From Octopus bimaculoides (Eukaryota): a stretch of 64,000 nucleotides of DNA. The first letter of the stretch is position 1, and each line of letters begins with the position of its first letter. Of this stretch, positions 24,201 through 36,699 are shown piece by piece. The stretch covers positions 93,426,006-93,490,005 of the forward strand of contig NC_068990.1 of the NCBI RefSeq assembly GCF_001194135.2, written 5' to 3'. The notes beneath the pieces were generated by a model. That model did no database searches. It saw only the letters and a list, made by a program, of their open reading frames with translations, and was not told the origin of the DNA. A program made the translations under genes and the position numbers.

Positions 24201-27200
24201 AAGGACAACAGGTGAAGATGACCTCAGCAGGATTTGAACTCAACATGTAAAGAGTCAGAAGAAAATATTTGGTCTGGCACACACACAATTCTGTCAGTTT
24301 GCTGCCTCATGACAATAACATCTAATTAGAAGCTCATAAAGATTTATGGAACTGTTACTCACGTCATTTACTTACAGTGATTCAATGTACGTGTTTGTTT
24401 GAGAAAGTATAATAATTGATTCATAAGTAAGAAAAATATTTTCAAAAGTGAACAGGAACTTGTGATGTTCAAGCATTTAACATGTACCTTTAATAATGTA
24501 AATATGTGGCACATAAAAAGCACCCACTACACTCTTGGAGTAGTTGGTGTTAGGAAGGGCATTCAGCTGTAGAAACCTTGCCAGATCAGATTGGAGCCTT
24601 GTGCAGCCTTCTGGCTTGCCTGTCCTCAGTCAAACCATCCAACCCATGCCAGCATCGAAAGCGGATGTTAAATGATGATGATGATGATGATGACTCCAAA
24701 CCAGAACTGAAACTGAGCAACTGATGAGAGTGATCGGTTGGTCTAGAAGTTTATTTTTATTCTAGATTACCACAGGGTGTATCTCTTAGTATTAGACTTA
24801 ATTCAAGTGAGAAGACATTACCTTGGAGAGCTGACATAAAGCTAACCTCTGGATCATAATAGAGTCAAGACTACACGAAGAGATCACAACAAATAAAAAC
24901 TCAGAACTCTAAAACTTGTTGGTGCACCTCTGAATTACTAAAATAATTCTCTACACACAGTTAATGATTTGTGATAATTAGAGGTTTTAATTAGCGTTGG
25001 GTGGAGGTGCTATAATAACAGAGTAGACTGCTGAGAAAGGATGGAAAATTTTTCATAAAAATGATCACTCGGTTGGCAACAAAGGATTTCTTTCTTTCTT
25101 TCTTTCTCTCTCTCTCTGCTAAAGGTAGACTACATGAAACCTGCTGAAGAAATGTGATGCTACATAGTGATGGGACATTTACATGGAATGTGTAAGGTCT
25201 GTGGAGGTTGGGAAAGAAATGAGAAGAATATAATCCATTGGATATATAATGTGATCCTGCATGAAACATGGAGATCAAATGAAATGAAAGAACAGTTAGG
25301 TATGACAGACATCAAGTAGAAGTAATATAGATGTGTGGTATGAATGGATGGTGAGTCTGAGTGAAAATGTGGGTTACCAATGGAAGATTTTTGAAGAAGA
25401 AATGGTAAAGTTTAGTCATCATTATCAAATATTTAAATTTGGAAGATCATTTCACTTACTCTAACAGTAAAATAGTGAATAAAACACAACTAAAGAATAC
25501 ATTCTATTAAGTCTAGGAATAAAGAACACGTTTTCTCCCAGCAACTCCTTTCAGAAAGTCTCTGCAAACTGTGTGAACACTTTTGAATCTTTCTGAATTA
25601 TTTTCAATCACAAAAAAGAACAATCTCAGAATCTCAAACCTGCCCATTGCCATTTAGATGATTTAAGAAATAATAAAAAAAAAAAACTAAGAACCGTGAT
25701 GAAGTTAATAGATGGAGGATTAGTGTATTTGATAGCATAAAAGAGACACACAAGTGTGTTATATACACACTAATTTCAGCAGTGCATATTCAACAAAAAA
25801 GTCTTTAGTATATTAAAACTTGTGGGGGACACAGCTTTGCATCTAGGACCTGAGCTGAATTTTAAAAATAATTTTCTGATTTAAAAAGTGCATCTTATAT
25901 GTTGTCAAATACAGTATATAGAACAGAGATTGTAGCTATTAATAGCTGGAGGAAGTAAATTTCAAATCGTGCTATTGTTAGCAATTAAAACGTCCATTAT
26001 GTGTCAGAAAATAAAAAATATTTGTAGTTGTTACCTAACCCCAGGGCCATAAACATAAATTGACAATAAACCAAGATCTAACAGAGGATTGACAAAAATA
26101 GATTTCAGTCATTTGTATTCACCTGAAATTCACACATGCCAATGCTTGTGTGTGCATATGGGAACTTTAGATGAATACAAACACACACACACACCTGTGT
26201 CTGTGTGATTTCCTTTATTTCACAAATAGCAAAAATTAAATGTATAAATAGAATAAATCTCTAAACAAGATATTTCTCTCCCTCTCAAAGAAACAACCAA
26301 TGAAAAACCAATTTACATTTCTACTCAAAATACTAACCAAAATAAAGATTGTGACCTTTTTCGCAAACAAATGCACAATGATAGTTTTGTGAATGGACGC
26401 AAGTTGGGCAATTTGCTGCATAACCGTATATAAAGAAGGAACGCATAGAAGAACAATGGCCTCACTGAAAATGGCTTTTCTCCTTAAAGCAACATAACTG
26501 AAAAGTGGCCAGCTAAATAACTATGGCGACTCCACCAAAAGGCTCAAAATATAGCTGTTACAGCCATCTGCTACAGATGTATTCAAATTGACATTAAATT
26601 TACTTCTCTTTCTAATTTACAAATGAACTACAAACTGAACTTTGTCTTGGTCAAATATTTCCAAACTGGTTATGTGGTTAAGGAGCTTGCTTTGAAGCCA
26701 AGTTGTTTTAAGTTCAGTCCCATTGTGCAGCACCATCAGGAGGTGTCTCCCACTATAGTCCAAGGCTGGCCACCACTCGTGAGCAATTTGGTAGACAGAA
26801 ACTATGTGGAAGGCTATCAAATACATGTGTGCATGTGTGTGTTTGTACCTCATCACCACTTGACAACTGATGTCTGTTTGTTTATGTCCCTCTAACTTAG
26901 CAGTTCAGCAAAAGCGAACGATAGAATAACTTCCAGACTTAAAATAAGTACTGGGGTCAATTGGTTTAATTAAAACCCTTTAAAGTAGTGCTCCAGCATG
27001 GCCACAGTCCAATAACTCAAACAAGTAACGATAAAAACAGAAAACATTCTCTATAGACACACCTCAACTTCTGCCACTTTCCTTTCAAACATGTTTGCCT
27101 TTTATAATGAACTTAATGTCACTTAATGTCCAGCTTCTATGCTAGTATGGGTCAGACAGTTTGACAGGACCTGACAAGTTGAAGGACTGAGCTATGAGCC

Positions 27201-27998
27201 AATAAATACTTTGGCAACGTTTCTAAAGATGGATGCCCTTCCTAATGCCAACCACTTAACAGTGTGTGTGGTGAGTGCTTATTACAAGGCACTGGCACTA
27301 AGGATGACTACCTCATAACTTGTGATGGTGAGGACCTAAAGTGGACCCTATAACTGAAGGAGAATAGAAGAGAGAGTGGATGATGGTTCTAGGCAGACAA
27401 ATGGGGAAAAGTAAGAGGAGAGAATGGGGGAGTATGGCAGGGAATGGGGGAGAGGGAAGCGGTGGTGACAGGGGCTATTGGTAAAAAAGGGTGGGAGGGA
27501 TAGATTTGAAAGGTGATTGGAAGTGGTGGGGGGTAGACCATTAATTACTCTGTACCTAAGAGATGCAACCAAAAATTAAAATAGCAACTTCTATCTATGA
27601 ATATTAAAGATTTTATGGCCGAATTGAGAAAAACAAAAAACATAAATCAAAAATATATAAAGATTTTATGATGAACTTCACTTATTTCAGAAATGAAAAA
27701 TAAGGAGAATAGAATAGACACCTAACGAGATATTTATCTCGTTTGAGGAAAGTATCAATAAAAGACCAACCTAAACATGCAGATGTGAGCGTGTGTATAC
27801 TCCCTCTCACACAGATCAACATCATCTTCCTTGATGGGTTCCACACAGGAATGGATTTGACAGTTCTTCAGAATCTAATGATGCTGTCATTGCATTTGAT
27901 TTCAATTTCGATTTCACTTGCCTCAACAGGTCTTTGCAAGCAGAGTTTGGTGTCCAATGAAGGAAAGGTACGCATAAGTGGGCTGGTTACACCCCTAC

Positions 27999-28029
<31 letters not shown>

Positions 28030-28034
<5 letters not shown>

Positions 28035-28625
28035 TGCATATGGATGAGGACGGCTGTGTGAAAATGTCACACCCTAGCAGTAGAGGGAACTTGTGGAAGA
28101 GGTAGACCTAGGAAGATCTGGAATGAGGTGGTGAAGCACGACCTTCGAACATTGGGCCTAACAGAGGCAATGACGAGTGATCAAGACCTTTAGAGATATG
28201 CTGTGCTTGAGAAGACTTTGCAAGTCAAGTGAGACCATAAACGTGGCCTATGCCAGTGCAACATAACCAGCCCATTTAAAAAGTACCCTTCCATCATTGG
28301 GGAATAAACTGTGCTTGCGAAGACCTGTTGAGTCAAGTGAAGTTATTGTCATGACTGATGCCTGTACCAGCTGACTGGCTCCCGTGCTGGTGGCACGTAA
28401 AAAGCACCATTCAAGTGTGGTCGATACCAGTGCCACCCGACTGGCCTTGTGTCAGTGGCATGTAAAAAGCACCCACTGTTAGGAAGAGCATCCAGCTGTA
28501 GAAACCTTGCCAGATCAAAATGGATCCTGGTGCAGCCTCCTGGCTTGCTAGTCCTCAGGCACACTATCCAACCCATGCCAGCATGGAAAGCAGATGTTAA
28601 ACGACAATGATGTTGATGATGATGA
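28030..28625 (+). mobile_element. 5'-truncated RTE-type LINE 3' end with 3' UTR and (GAT)n tail
   Basis: MDEDGCVK..GTCGRGRPRKIWNEVVKHDLRTLGLTEAMTSDQDL*RYAVLEK (with a frameshift), followed by the tail shared with many copies in the window. Confidence 0.85.
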
Positions 28626-28631
28626 CAATGT

Positions 28632-28687
<56 letters not shown>

Positions 28688-28724
28688 GTATGTATATATT
28701 TAAGAAACTAGTACAAATACTTAC

Positions 28725-28805
28725 ATTTACTAATCCAAAATAATGTTCATTCACCGGGAATTGATCTGACCCTATCTCTTTTTCCAGCTGTGAGGCATTG
28801 GCACC
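28725..28805 (-). CDS. USP46: USP12/46 exon 2 ([27 protein letters not shown])
   Basis: TTACAG acceptor, 81 nt, GTAAGT donor; close match to the USP12/46 N-terminal segment [27 protein letters not shown]. Confidence 0.96.
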
Positions 28806-28963
28806 CTGTAATGAGAAGGTCAATCATCAGTAATGATATTGGGGTCTAAATTAATAAGGAACAAAATATAGGGAGACATTTAGCAATAGTTTGTCTAAAA
28901 AACAACAACAATGTTACTGTTTCAATGTCGTACCAGATGGACAAAAATTAACATAAATTCTAC

Positions 28964-29241
28964 ACATTATTTGCATTTGACGGATATTTGTCGTCATCTT
29001 GTTTGTTGTTAACATGTTTCGGCTGATATACCCTCCAGCCTTCATCAGGTGTCTTGGGGAAATTTCGAACCTGGGTTCTCAATTCCTAAGGTATTTTTCG
29101 ATATTATTATTATTATTCAGGTCACTGCCTGGAATCGAACTCGGAATCTTGGGGTTAGTAGCCAGTGCTCTTAACCACTATACCATATGCCCATCAAATG
29201 TAAATAATGTACATAATTCCTCATCTCTTAAATATAGAACT
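28964..29241 (-). mobile_element. Same element, copy B, with inverted tail segment at its 5' end
   Basis: Head ends at 29192; 29194-29241 is tail sequence in the opposite orientation (44/48 identical to the copy A tail). Confidence 0.85.
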
Positions 29242-30886
29242 ATAAATTCTACAGTCTTCGTTATGGGAATACTGTAATAAGTTTGAACCTTGAAGCATGA
29301 AGTAAAATCTACTAGAATTATCAAAACATTTGAGCCACTTTTCCCTGTTCCAACAGGTCGAATGGAATTTCTTGAAACAGATTTTTTGTGGCTGGATTGT
29401 CCTTCCCGTCATTAACCTCCACCTGTTCCCAAGTAAGATATGTTTTACACAAAAGACTGGAGACAAAGGACACCACTGATTGATGGTAATACTTGTTTAC
29501 AACAATCACATGATGTCAAAGCAAGAAGACAGTAACACACACACACACACACANNNNNNNNNNCACACACACACACACACACGACTGGCTTCTTTCAGTT
29601 TCTACTACCAAATTCACTTGCAAAGCTTTATTTGGCCCAGGACTATAATAGAAGAAAATAGCCCAAGGTGCCACACAGTGGGACTGAACCTACCACACTG
29701 CACATGACTACAATATTCATAACATCTAATTATAATATTCCCCATGCTACACTTAACTACAATAATCACCACACTACATCTAAGTACACCATTTGCAAGC
29801 CATCATGACTCAACAGTTTATTTATATCTCTTATGATATAAAACTAATTAGTAAGTTACTGAACTTGATATCCTAGATTCAGCAGCTTTGTGCAGACATC
29901 GTTGACTCAGTTTTACTATGAAACAACTACCTCTCACATTATGATGGAGTCCACCATTAGATGAGCATCCATCAGTAAAACATAATCCTAACAGAAACAG
30001 TGATAGAGTGAGGCGAAGCAGTTGGTGCAGTCGCCATTGAAGAAATGATCATTGTTGTGAATTATAGGAAACAGTGATTTCCAGTGCGGGGACAATGCTG
30101 GAGGTTTTAGGGGTAGGAGAGTTGATTAAATCTACCCTGGTAGGGAGCAAAAAGATGTTAATGAGGACAGGAGTGTGTAATTAAATACTGTCCCTCATTA
30201 TCATCATCATCATTGTCGTTTAACGTCTGCTTTCTAATCGACAGGCCCCCTCCCCCAAAGTTTCAAGCCTTGTGCCTAGAGTAAAAAAGATTATATCAAC
30301 ATTGGTGAAATGGAGAAAATTGTTTATTATGAATTCCAGAGACACAGTTTTCTTACACAGATGTTAATATCCAGGGACAGAGTTTTGTGTTATATTGATG
30401 TTGAATCAAAAAGCAACTGTCGTGTTAGATTTTCTAATAGGGGTGTCGAGGATTTCTGAAACGCTTGGCAAGGGTGCCTCGAGGCAGAAACGGTTGGGAT
30501 ACTGTGCTCTAACGACTGCAAAAAGAATAAAAGAATCTACCAAAGCACCATCTTGCTTTCATGTCTGCTGTCCATTGCAGACGTGCGTTGGATGGTTTGA
30601 CAGGATTTGATGATATGGAGGAGGGCCTCGTAAACCAATGTCTGCTTCAGCAGGATTTCTACAGATGGATGCCCTTCCTAACACCAACCACTTCACTGAG
30701 AGTATTGGGGGCATCTTCCATATCATCATCATCATAATCATTTAGAGTCCACTCTCCATGCTGGCATGGGTTAGACAGTTTGATGAGGCAGAGCTGCACT
30801 AGGTTGAAGGCACGGTTTGGCATGGTTTCTATAGCTGGATGCCCTTCTTAATGCCACCCCCTCCAGGAGCATAATGGGTGCTTTTC

Positions 30887-31163
30887 GTGCCACTGGCATG
30901 GCGCCGGCAACAACCACGATTATGACTCACAGGTGGGTGCCATTTATAAGGCACCGGTGGTGACCCTAACGATTCATGGGTGCCATTTGCATGGCACTGG
31001 CAATGACTATGACCAACGACCACAATTCCTGAGGTGCCAATTTACATGGCACCATTGATGACCACAGCTACAATGCACAGGTGTCATTTACATGGCACCG
31101 GCACCAGCTATGATGATTCACAAGTGCCATTTACATGGTACCGTCAATGACCACGACTACAAT
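30887..31163. repeat. Minisatellite of 18-bp hairpin motif GTGCCATTTACATGGCAC with 25-36 nt linkers
   Basis: Motifs start at 30937, 30980, 31034, 31081 and 31124, with a degenerate one at 30887. Confidence 0.85.
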
Positions 31164-32345
31164 ATATATGTGTGTGTGTGTTTAAGATTACATGTGAAAA
31201 GTATGGCACTTGGTTTGGGTGTAAACATTAGCAGATATTTTCTTGTTTGCGGATAATTTCTATAATTTCTCGAGTAACCCTTCTAACTGGCACCTGTATT
31301 CCAATCAGAGATAATCAATCCTCTGCATCACAGCATTTATAACAAGCAATGTGCAGCAGAGTTTAACTGACAATAGTCATCTTTTCAAAGAATACAACTA
31401 ATCAAGCAGAGTCTTGTTGTATCTATGTGAGAAGACATTCCAGCCATGACGGATGAGTTTATATGTCTCTACTGGAAATAGGTCAGTTGGCCAATATATC
31501 AGCACAACGGTTTCACTTACTACAACAGGTAGTATGTCTGCCTCTCTCTCTCTCTCTCTCTCACTTTATATATATATATTCTTTTATTCTTTTACTTGTT
31601 TCAGTCATTTGACTGCGGCCATGCTGGAGCACCACCTTTTAGTCGAGTAAATCGACCCCAGTACTTATTCTTTGTAAGCCTAATACTTATTCTATCAGTC
31701 TCTTTTTGCTGAACCCCTAGGTTACGGGGATGTAAACACACAAGCATCACATGTCAAGCGATGTTGNNNNNNNNNNNNNNNNNNNNNNNNNNNNNNNNNN
31801 NNNNNNNNNNNNNNNNNNNNNNNNNNNNNNNNNNNNNNNNNNNNNNNNNNNNNNNNNNNNNNNNNNNNNNNNNNNNNNNNNNNNNNNNNNNNNNNNNNNN
31901 NNNNNNNNNNNNNNNNNNNNNNNNNNNNNNNNNNNNNNNNNNNNNNNNNNNNNNNNNNNNNNNNNNNNNNNNNNNNNNNNNNNNNNNNNNNNNNNNNNNN
32001 NNNNNNNNNNNNNNNNNNNNNNNNNNNNNNNNNNNNNNNNNNNNNNNNNNNNNNNNNNNNNNNNNNNNNNNNNNNNNNNNNNNNNNNNNNNNNNNNNNNN
32101 NNNNNNNNNNNNNNNNNNNNNNNNNNNNNNNNNNNNNNNNNNNNNNNNNNNNNNNNNNNNNNNNNNNNNNNNNNNNNNNNNNNNNNNNNNNNNNNNNNNN
32201 NNNNNNNNNNNNNNNNNNNNNNNNNNNNNNNNNNNNNNNNNNNNNNNNNNNNNNNNNNNNNNNNNNNNNNNNNNNNNNNNNNNNNNNNNNNNNNNNNNNN
32301 NNNNNNNNNNNNNNNNNNNNNNNNNNNNNNNNNNNNNNNNNNNNN

Positions 32346-32411
<66 letters not shown>

Positions 32412-33914
32412 CATTTGAATTTCATAGGTGCAAAGTGCCATTGTGCAACAGTTGATAGCAACAGTACACTGACTAGTTGTCTAAAGCATAACAAAAGTGG
32501 TTTAAGTATAATGAAAGTGTACGCCATAACAAGACAGCAGAATATCTGTGTTAGTTGTTGTGTTCTAGAAATCAAAAGTCACTGCTAAGATTTCACTGGA
32601 GATAACATTACAAAACAGCTGCAACATTGAGATAGATAAAACGATACAACAACAATAAAAGCATTGGCTCAAGCGACTTAGTACAAGCAAAATAAGATAC
32701 ACGAGATGTCTACAGCCCCTCCCACCCACTCCACCACCCTGCTTAATTAGATGAAATGTTTAACCCTAATATTAAATGTGAAAGTTAAGAAATGGAAGGA
32801 CTAGGAAATATTCCTCCACCTAACAGGCGCAGGATAAGAAGCTCACTTGGCAATCACATGGTTTGGGGTTCAGTCCCATTGCATGGCACTCTGGGCAAGT
32901 GTCTTCCACTACAGCCCTGGGACAACCATTGCACTGTGGAAGCCTGTCGTGTGTGTGCGTGTTTCTGTCCATGTTTGTCCCTGGCACCATTTGACAACTA
33001 ATGCTGGTTTGTTTATGCCCCTGTAACTTAGCGATTTGGTAAAAAAAAGGCCAATGGAATAGGTACCAGACTTTTATGGAATAAGTATTGTGCATGGGGC
33101 TGTGATTTTTGCCTGACTAAAACACTTCAGGTCAATGCCCTAGCATGGCTACAGTCCAATGACTGAAACAAGTAAAAGATTCCTCTCTAGGAATCTCTTT
33201 TTGCCGAACCCCTAGGTTATGGGGATGTAAACACACAAGCATCGCATCTCAAGCGATGTTGGGAGGGGGGGGGGAGACAAACAGACACACACACACATAT
33301 ATATATATAGGAAGAATTCACAGAAAAACAAAAGACATCCTTACTTTTTGAGTATTCAAATATTTGATTACAAAAAACTGTGTGAGAAAATAGTTACACT
33401 AAGGTAGATGCGATGTCATTTGAAAGAGTCACAATCTTAAATATCAAGGTAACAACTTCACAGACTTATATGATGAGTTTCCTACAGTTTCCATCTAACA
33501 AATTCACTTGCAAGACATTATTCTAACTGGGGATATTGTAGAAGACATTTACCAAAGGTGCTATACATTGGGACTGAACCTGAAGCCATACAATCATGAA
33601 GTGAACCTCTTAACCACACAGCCACGCCAGAGCACCAAATTATATCCTCATTGTGATTTTGACTCAAATTCTCCAAGGTTCAGCTGGAATTCAGAGAGGC
33701 AAATTCTGTACAATCTGATGCTCTTCCTGTTTCCAAGCAAGGTTATATTGAGTGCTGCTGATAACATGACATGTAAACCAATACAATTTGTTGGAAACTA
33801 AAGAGGCAATACTACCAAGCCAGTTTGATGAGTAAAATGAATTTGGATATCTTGTCGGATGAAATACAAGACCTGCCAAATGGTGGATGTATTCAGGAGT
33901 CAACAGAACGGTAC

Positions 33915-34086
33915 TTATTATTATTAAAGCTGCAAAAACATCACACTAAACTGCTACTCAGAGTTTCACGTTCCCCTTCATTGGACAGTTTTCAATCTAA
34001 ACTGTCTGATGAACGGGAATGTGAAACTCTGAGTAGCAGTTTTTTGTGATATTTTTGAGATGTTTTTGAAGCTTTGATAATAATAA
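33915..34086. repeat. Inverted repeat, 44-bp inner arms (33948-33991 / 33999-34042) extendable to about 75 bp
   Basis: AAACTGCTACTCAGAGTTTCAC...GACAGTTT-tcaatct-AAACTGTC...GTGAAACTCTGAGTAGCAGTTT. Confidence 0.9.
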
Positions 34087-34121
34087 AGCATATTACTCTA
34101 CCTCCTGTAGTCAAGTACTAC

Positions 34122-34190
34122 GCATATGGCATAGTGGTTAAGAGCACAGGCTACTAACCCCAAAATTCCGAGTTCCATTCCAGGCAGAGA

Positions 34191-34243
<53 letters not shown>

Positions 34244-34378
34244 TCGAAAAATACCCAAGGAATGAGAACCCAGGTTCAAATTTCCCCAAGACACCTGATG
34301 AAGGCCGGAGGGTGTATCAGCTGAAACGTTGTGTTAACAACAAACAAGATGAGGACAAATATCAGTAAAATGTAAATA
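34122..34378 (+). mobile_element. Same element, copy C
   Basis: GCATATGGCATAGTGG A box, GAGTTCCATTCC B box, long (AAT)n, GACAC-CTGATGA-A-GGCCG..CAGCT-GAA-AC-GT-T-GTGTT at 34290-34335. Confidence 0.85.
34290..34335 (+). ncRNA. Minimal type I hammerhead ribozyme motif (predicted)
   Basis: CUGAUGA and GAA cores, helix I GACAC/GUGUU, helix II GGCCG/CAGCU (one mismatch, one wobble), palindromic helix III AC/GU, GUU triplet. Structure inferred by eye; activity unknown. Confidence 0.6.
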
Positions 34379-35869
34379 CGATTAAAGTGTTTTCTCAATC
34401 CTACAATGTCTCCACTCATTCACTAACTTACTCTTCAGAGTGTCCTGGGTGCATTTTATTGTGACACCAGCACCAGTGAGGTTGCCCTGTGTATGTATGC
34501 CTGAGTTTATGTTTATACCAATCCAAGAACTGAGGTTTATGTTGTGTCCCTTTATGAACAGTAACTGACATAAGTGCTGGAACTGGTATGATTGCCTAAA
34601 ACCATTGGCAGTGGTGGTGAACTAACTTGGCTGCAGTGGAAGAGAAGAACACAAGACAACCTCACTTGGATATATAGGAAATACATGACCTGCATCACAC
34701 ACTTTGGTCGATGAGAACAGGAAGTTGATGACCAACTAGAGAAATGTGAGCAACAATCTAACCAAACCTACAGTCAGAAATCTGTAACATGGAAGGAAGA
34801 CTGCTGAAGATGAAAGACTGAATCAAAGAAGAGAGCAGAAAGATTCCAGGCAATGAAAATCCCCAGCAGGCTGAACTTTGAAGAAGAAAATCTATGTTGT
34901 TGATATTCATTGATGCTTGATATTACAAGATATTTCTGTGCCTGGTATTCAATAACAGTCTCATTATCTGGGATGTTGACAGCAACACTAGATTTGATGT
35001 ATCTTGTGACACTTCTGATTAAAGTACACAAATTTTCCCCACTGAAGCATAACGAGAGAGGTTAGTGATTTGGAGGAAGTTTAGACCCAGCTTTTTTTTT
35101 TATATATTTTCGTTTTTTTTTAATTTTGATCCTTTCTGAAGAGGATAGGAAAAACTGAGTTACTGCAACAAACAGTTGTTAAAAGAACCACCTTTGTAGT
35201 TAACAATCGCTATTGTGATGGCCTTCTCGTCAGACAGACCCAGCCAAAGTAAACGTTCCAAATACTACACCATAGCATGTCTGTACACGACAGAGAATAA
35301 CCCACTCCCAACCGAACAGAACATGACCGAGGAGTGGTCGTAGATAACCTGATACTAGTTACCTAGCAACCTGAAGCTGTTAATGATTAAAGATGATGAA
35401 AGCTGGAGTTCTCTCTGATCTTTGGTATGCATGTTCTCCACTAGAGGGCACTGGTTAGTACTCACGTTAGTAAGCATACATGTGAACGCTACTGAATCAC
35501 CTACAAGTCGTGGACAAACAGGAACTAAAAGCTTTAGGGATTGGACAAGTCTATTCTATTTTAATGGGACAGATAGCTGCTTGAGTAAGGTGTATGGGGG
35601 AGATTCGTAGCAGTTGTTTTTTTTTATTTATAAGTGTTCTATAAAGTTGTAAAGCAGTAAACGAAAATTAAGGGGACTAGACATTAAGATACATATCACT
35701 TGAACTGTTACATAGATGACTTAGGGGGTATTGACATGAAGAAAAACGGGTTGAAAAACACCGGATTAAGACGAACATTATATTTTAAAATGTCTATTTC
35801 TAGCCAACTTTACAGGTAGTTTCCAACACAAAATGCGTATGCTACAACACATCACCTTCCAACCGCCTC

Positions 35870-35917
<48 letters not shown>

Positions 35918-36699
35918 ACAATTTAATCAATCCATTACCACCGTAAATAGACTGAGAAGAGAAAGTTTTCCAGACAATTTAGTGAACAAATGATAGGAGA
36001 TGAAATGAATTGACTATAGTTTAACAAAATGTTCAGTGGAGAAATATAGAAAGAAACGTAGAGAAGATATCGATTGTAGAGCTGACACAAACAGCAAGCT
36101 GAATAGTATTTTTCGTACGGAATCATAACAGCAAAGGCAATTAACAGCCGGTTAACTAGAGATACGTGTAGACTGTCTCTAGAGACAGCTATTTCATAGG
36201 AAACATTAAAAATTTACCTCTAATCAAATGAAAACAATAACAAAAAGCAGTTGAAATTAAAAAATAAACAAGACTAAATAATAAATCAGCCGTTAATTGT
36301 GTCAGTGAAAGTGGTTATTGTTGAAATTTGTAAAGCGATCGAGTTGCTTTTTAAACAGCTTCATTACATATTTGAATTTGTAAATAGTTACAATTTGATC
36401 AGAATGAAAATCTATGATGTGACGACGATCAGACATGAGCGGTGTTGAGGAGTTGCTTTTTTGATATACACACACATATATATATATATANNNNNNNNNN
36501 NNNNNNNNNNNNNNNNNNNNNNNNNNNNNNNNNNNNNNNNNNNNNNNNNNNNNNNNNNNNNNNNNNNNNNNNNNNNNNNNNNNNNNNNNNNNNNNNNNNN
36601 NNNNNNNNNNNNNNNNNNNNNNNNNNNNNNNNNNNNNNNNNNNNNNNNATATATGCATGACTAGAGCTCAACAAAATGATACAGTTGTTTTGAAAGTGA

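Noticed and set aside
30887-31163. CRISPR-like repeat-spacer appearance
   Set aside because: The linkers are homologous to each other and to RTE 3' UTR sequence, lengths vary, the context is eukaryotic and there are no cas genes; it is a minisatellite.
31696-33262. Two SINE-tail fragments sharing diagnostic variants (31696-31766 and 33195-33262)
   Set aside because: They flank an N-gap, so local misassembly or a trivial duplication is as likely as anything biological.
34001-34030. CTGATGA...GAAAC hammerhead-like core inside the 33.9-34.1 kb hairpin
   Set aside because: No helix II pairing between the cores and no NUH/helix I arrangement.
34440-35080. Possible non-LTR retrotransposon remnant (85-aa ORF at 34774-35031)
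   Set aside because: Hand translation of both strands gave only vague motif resemblance; not supportable.
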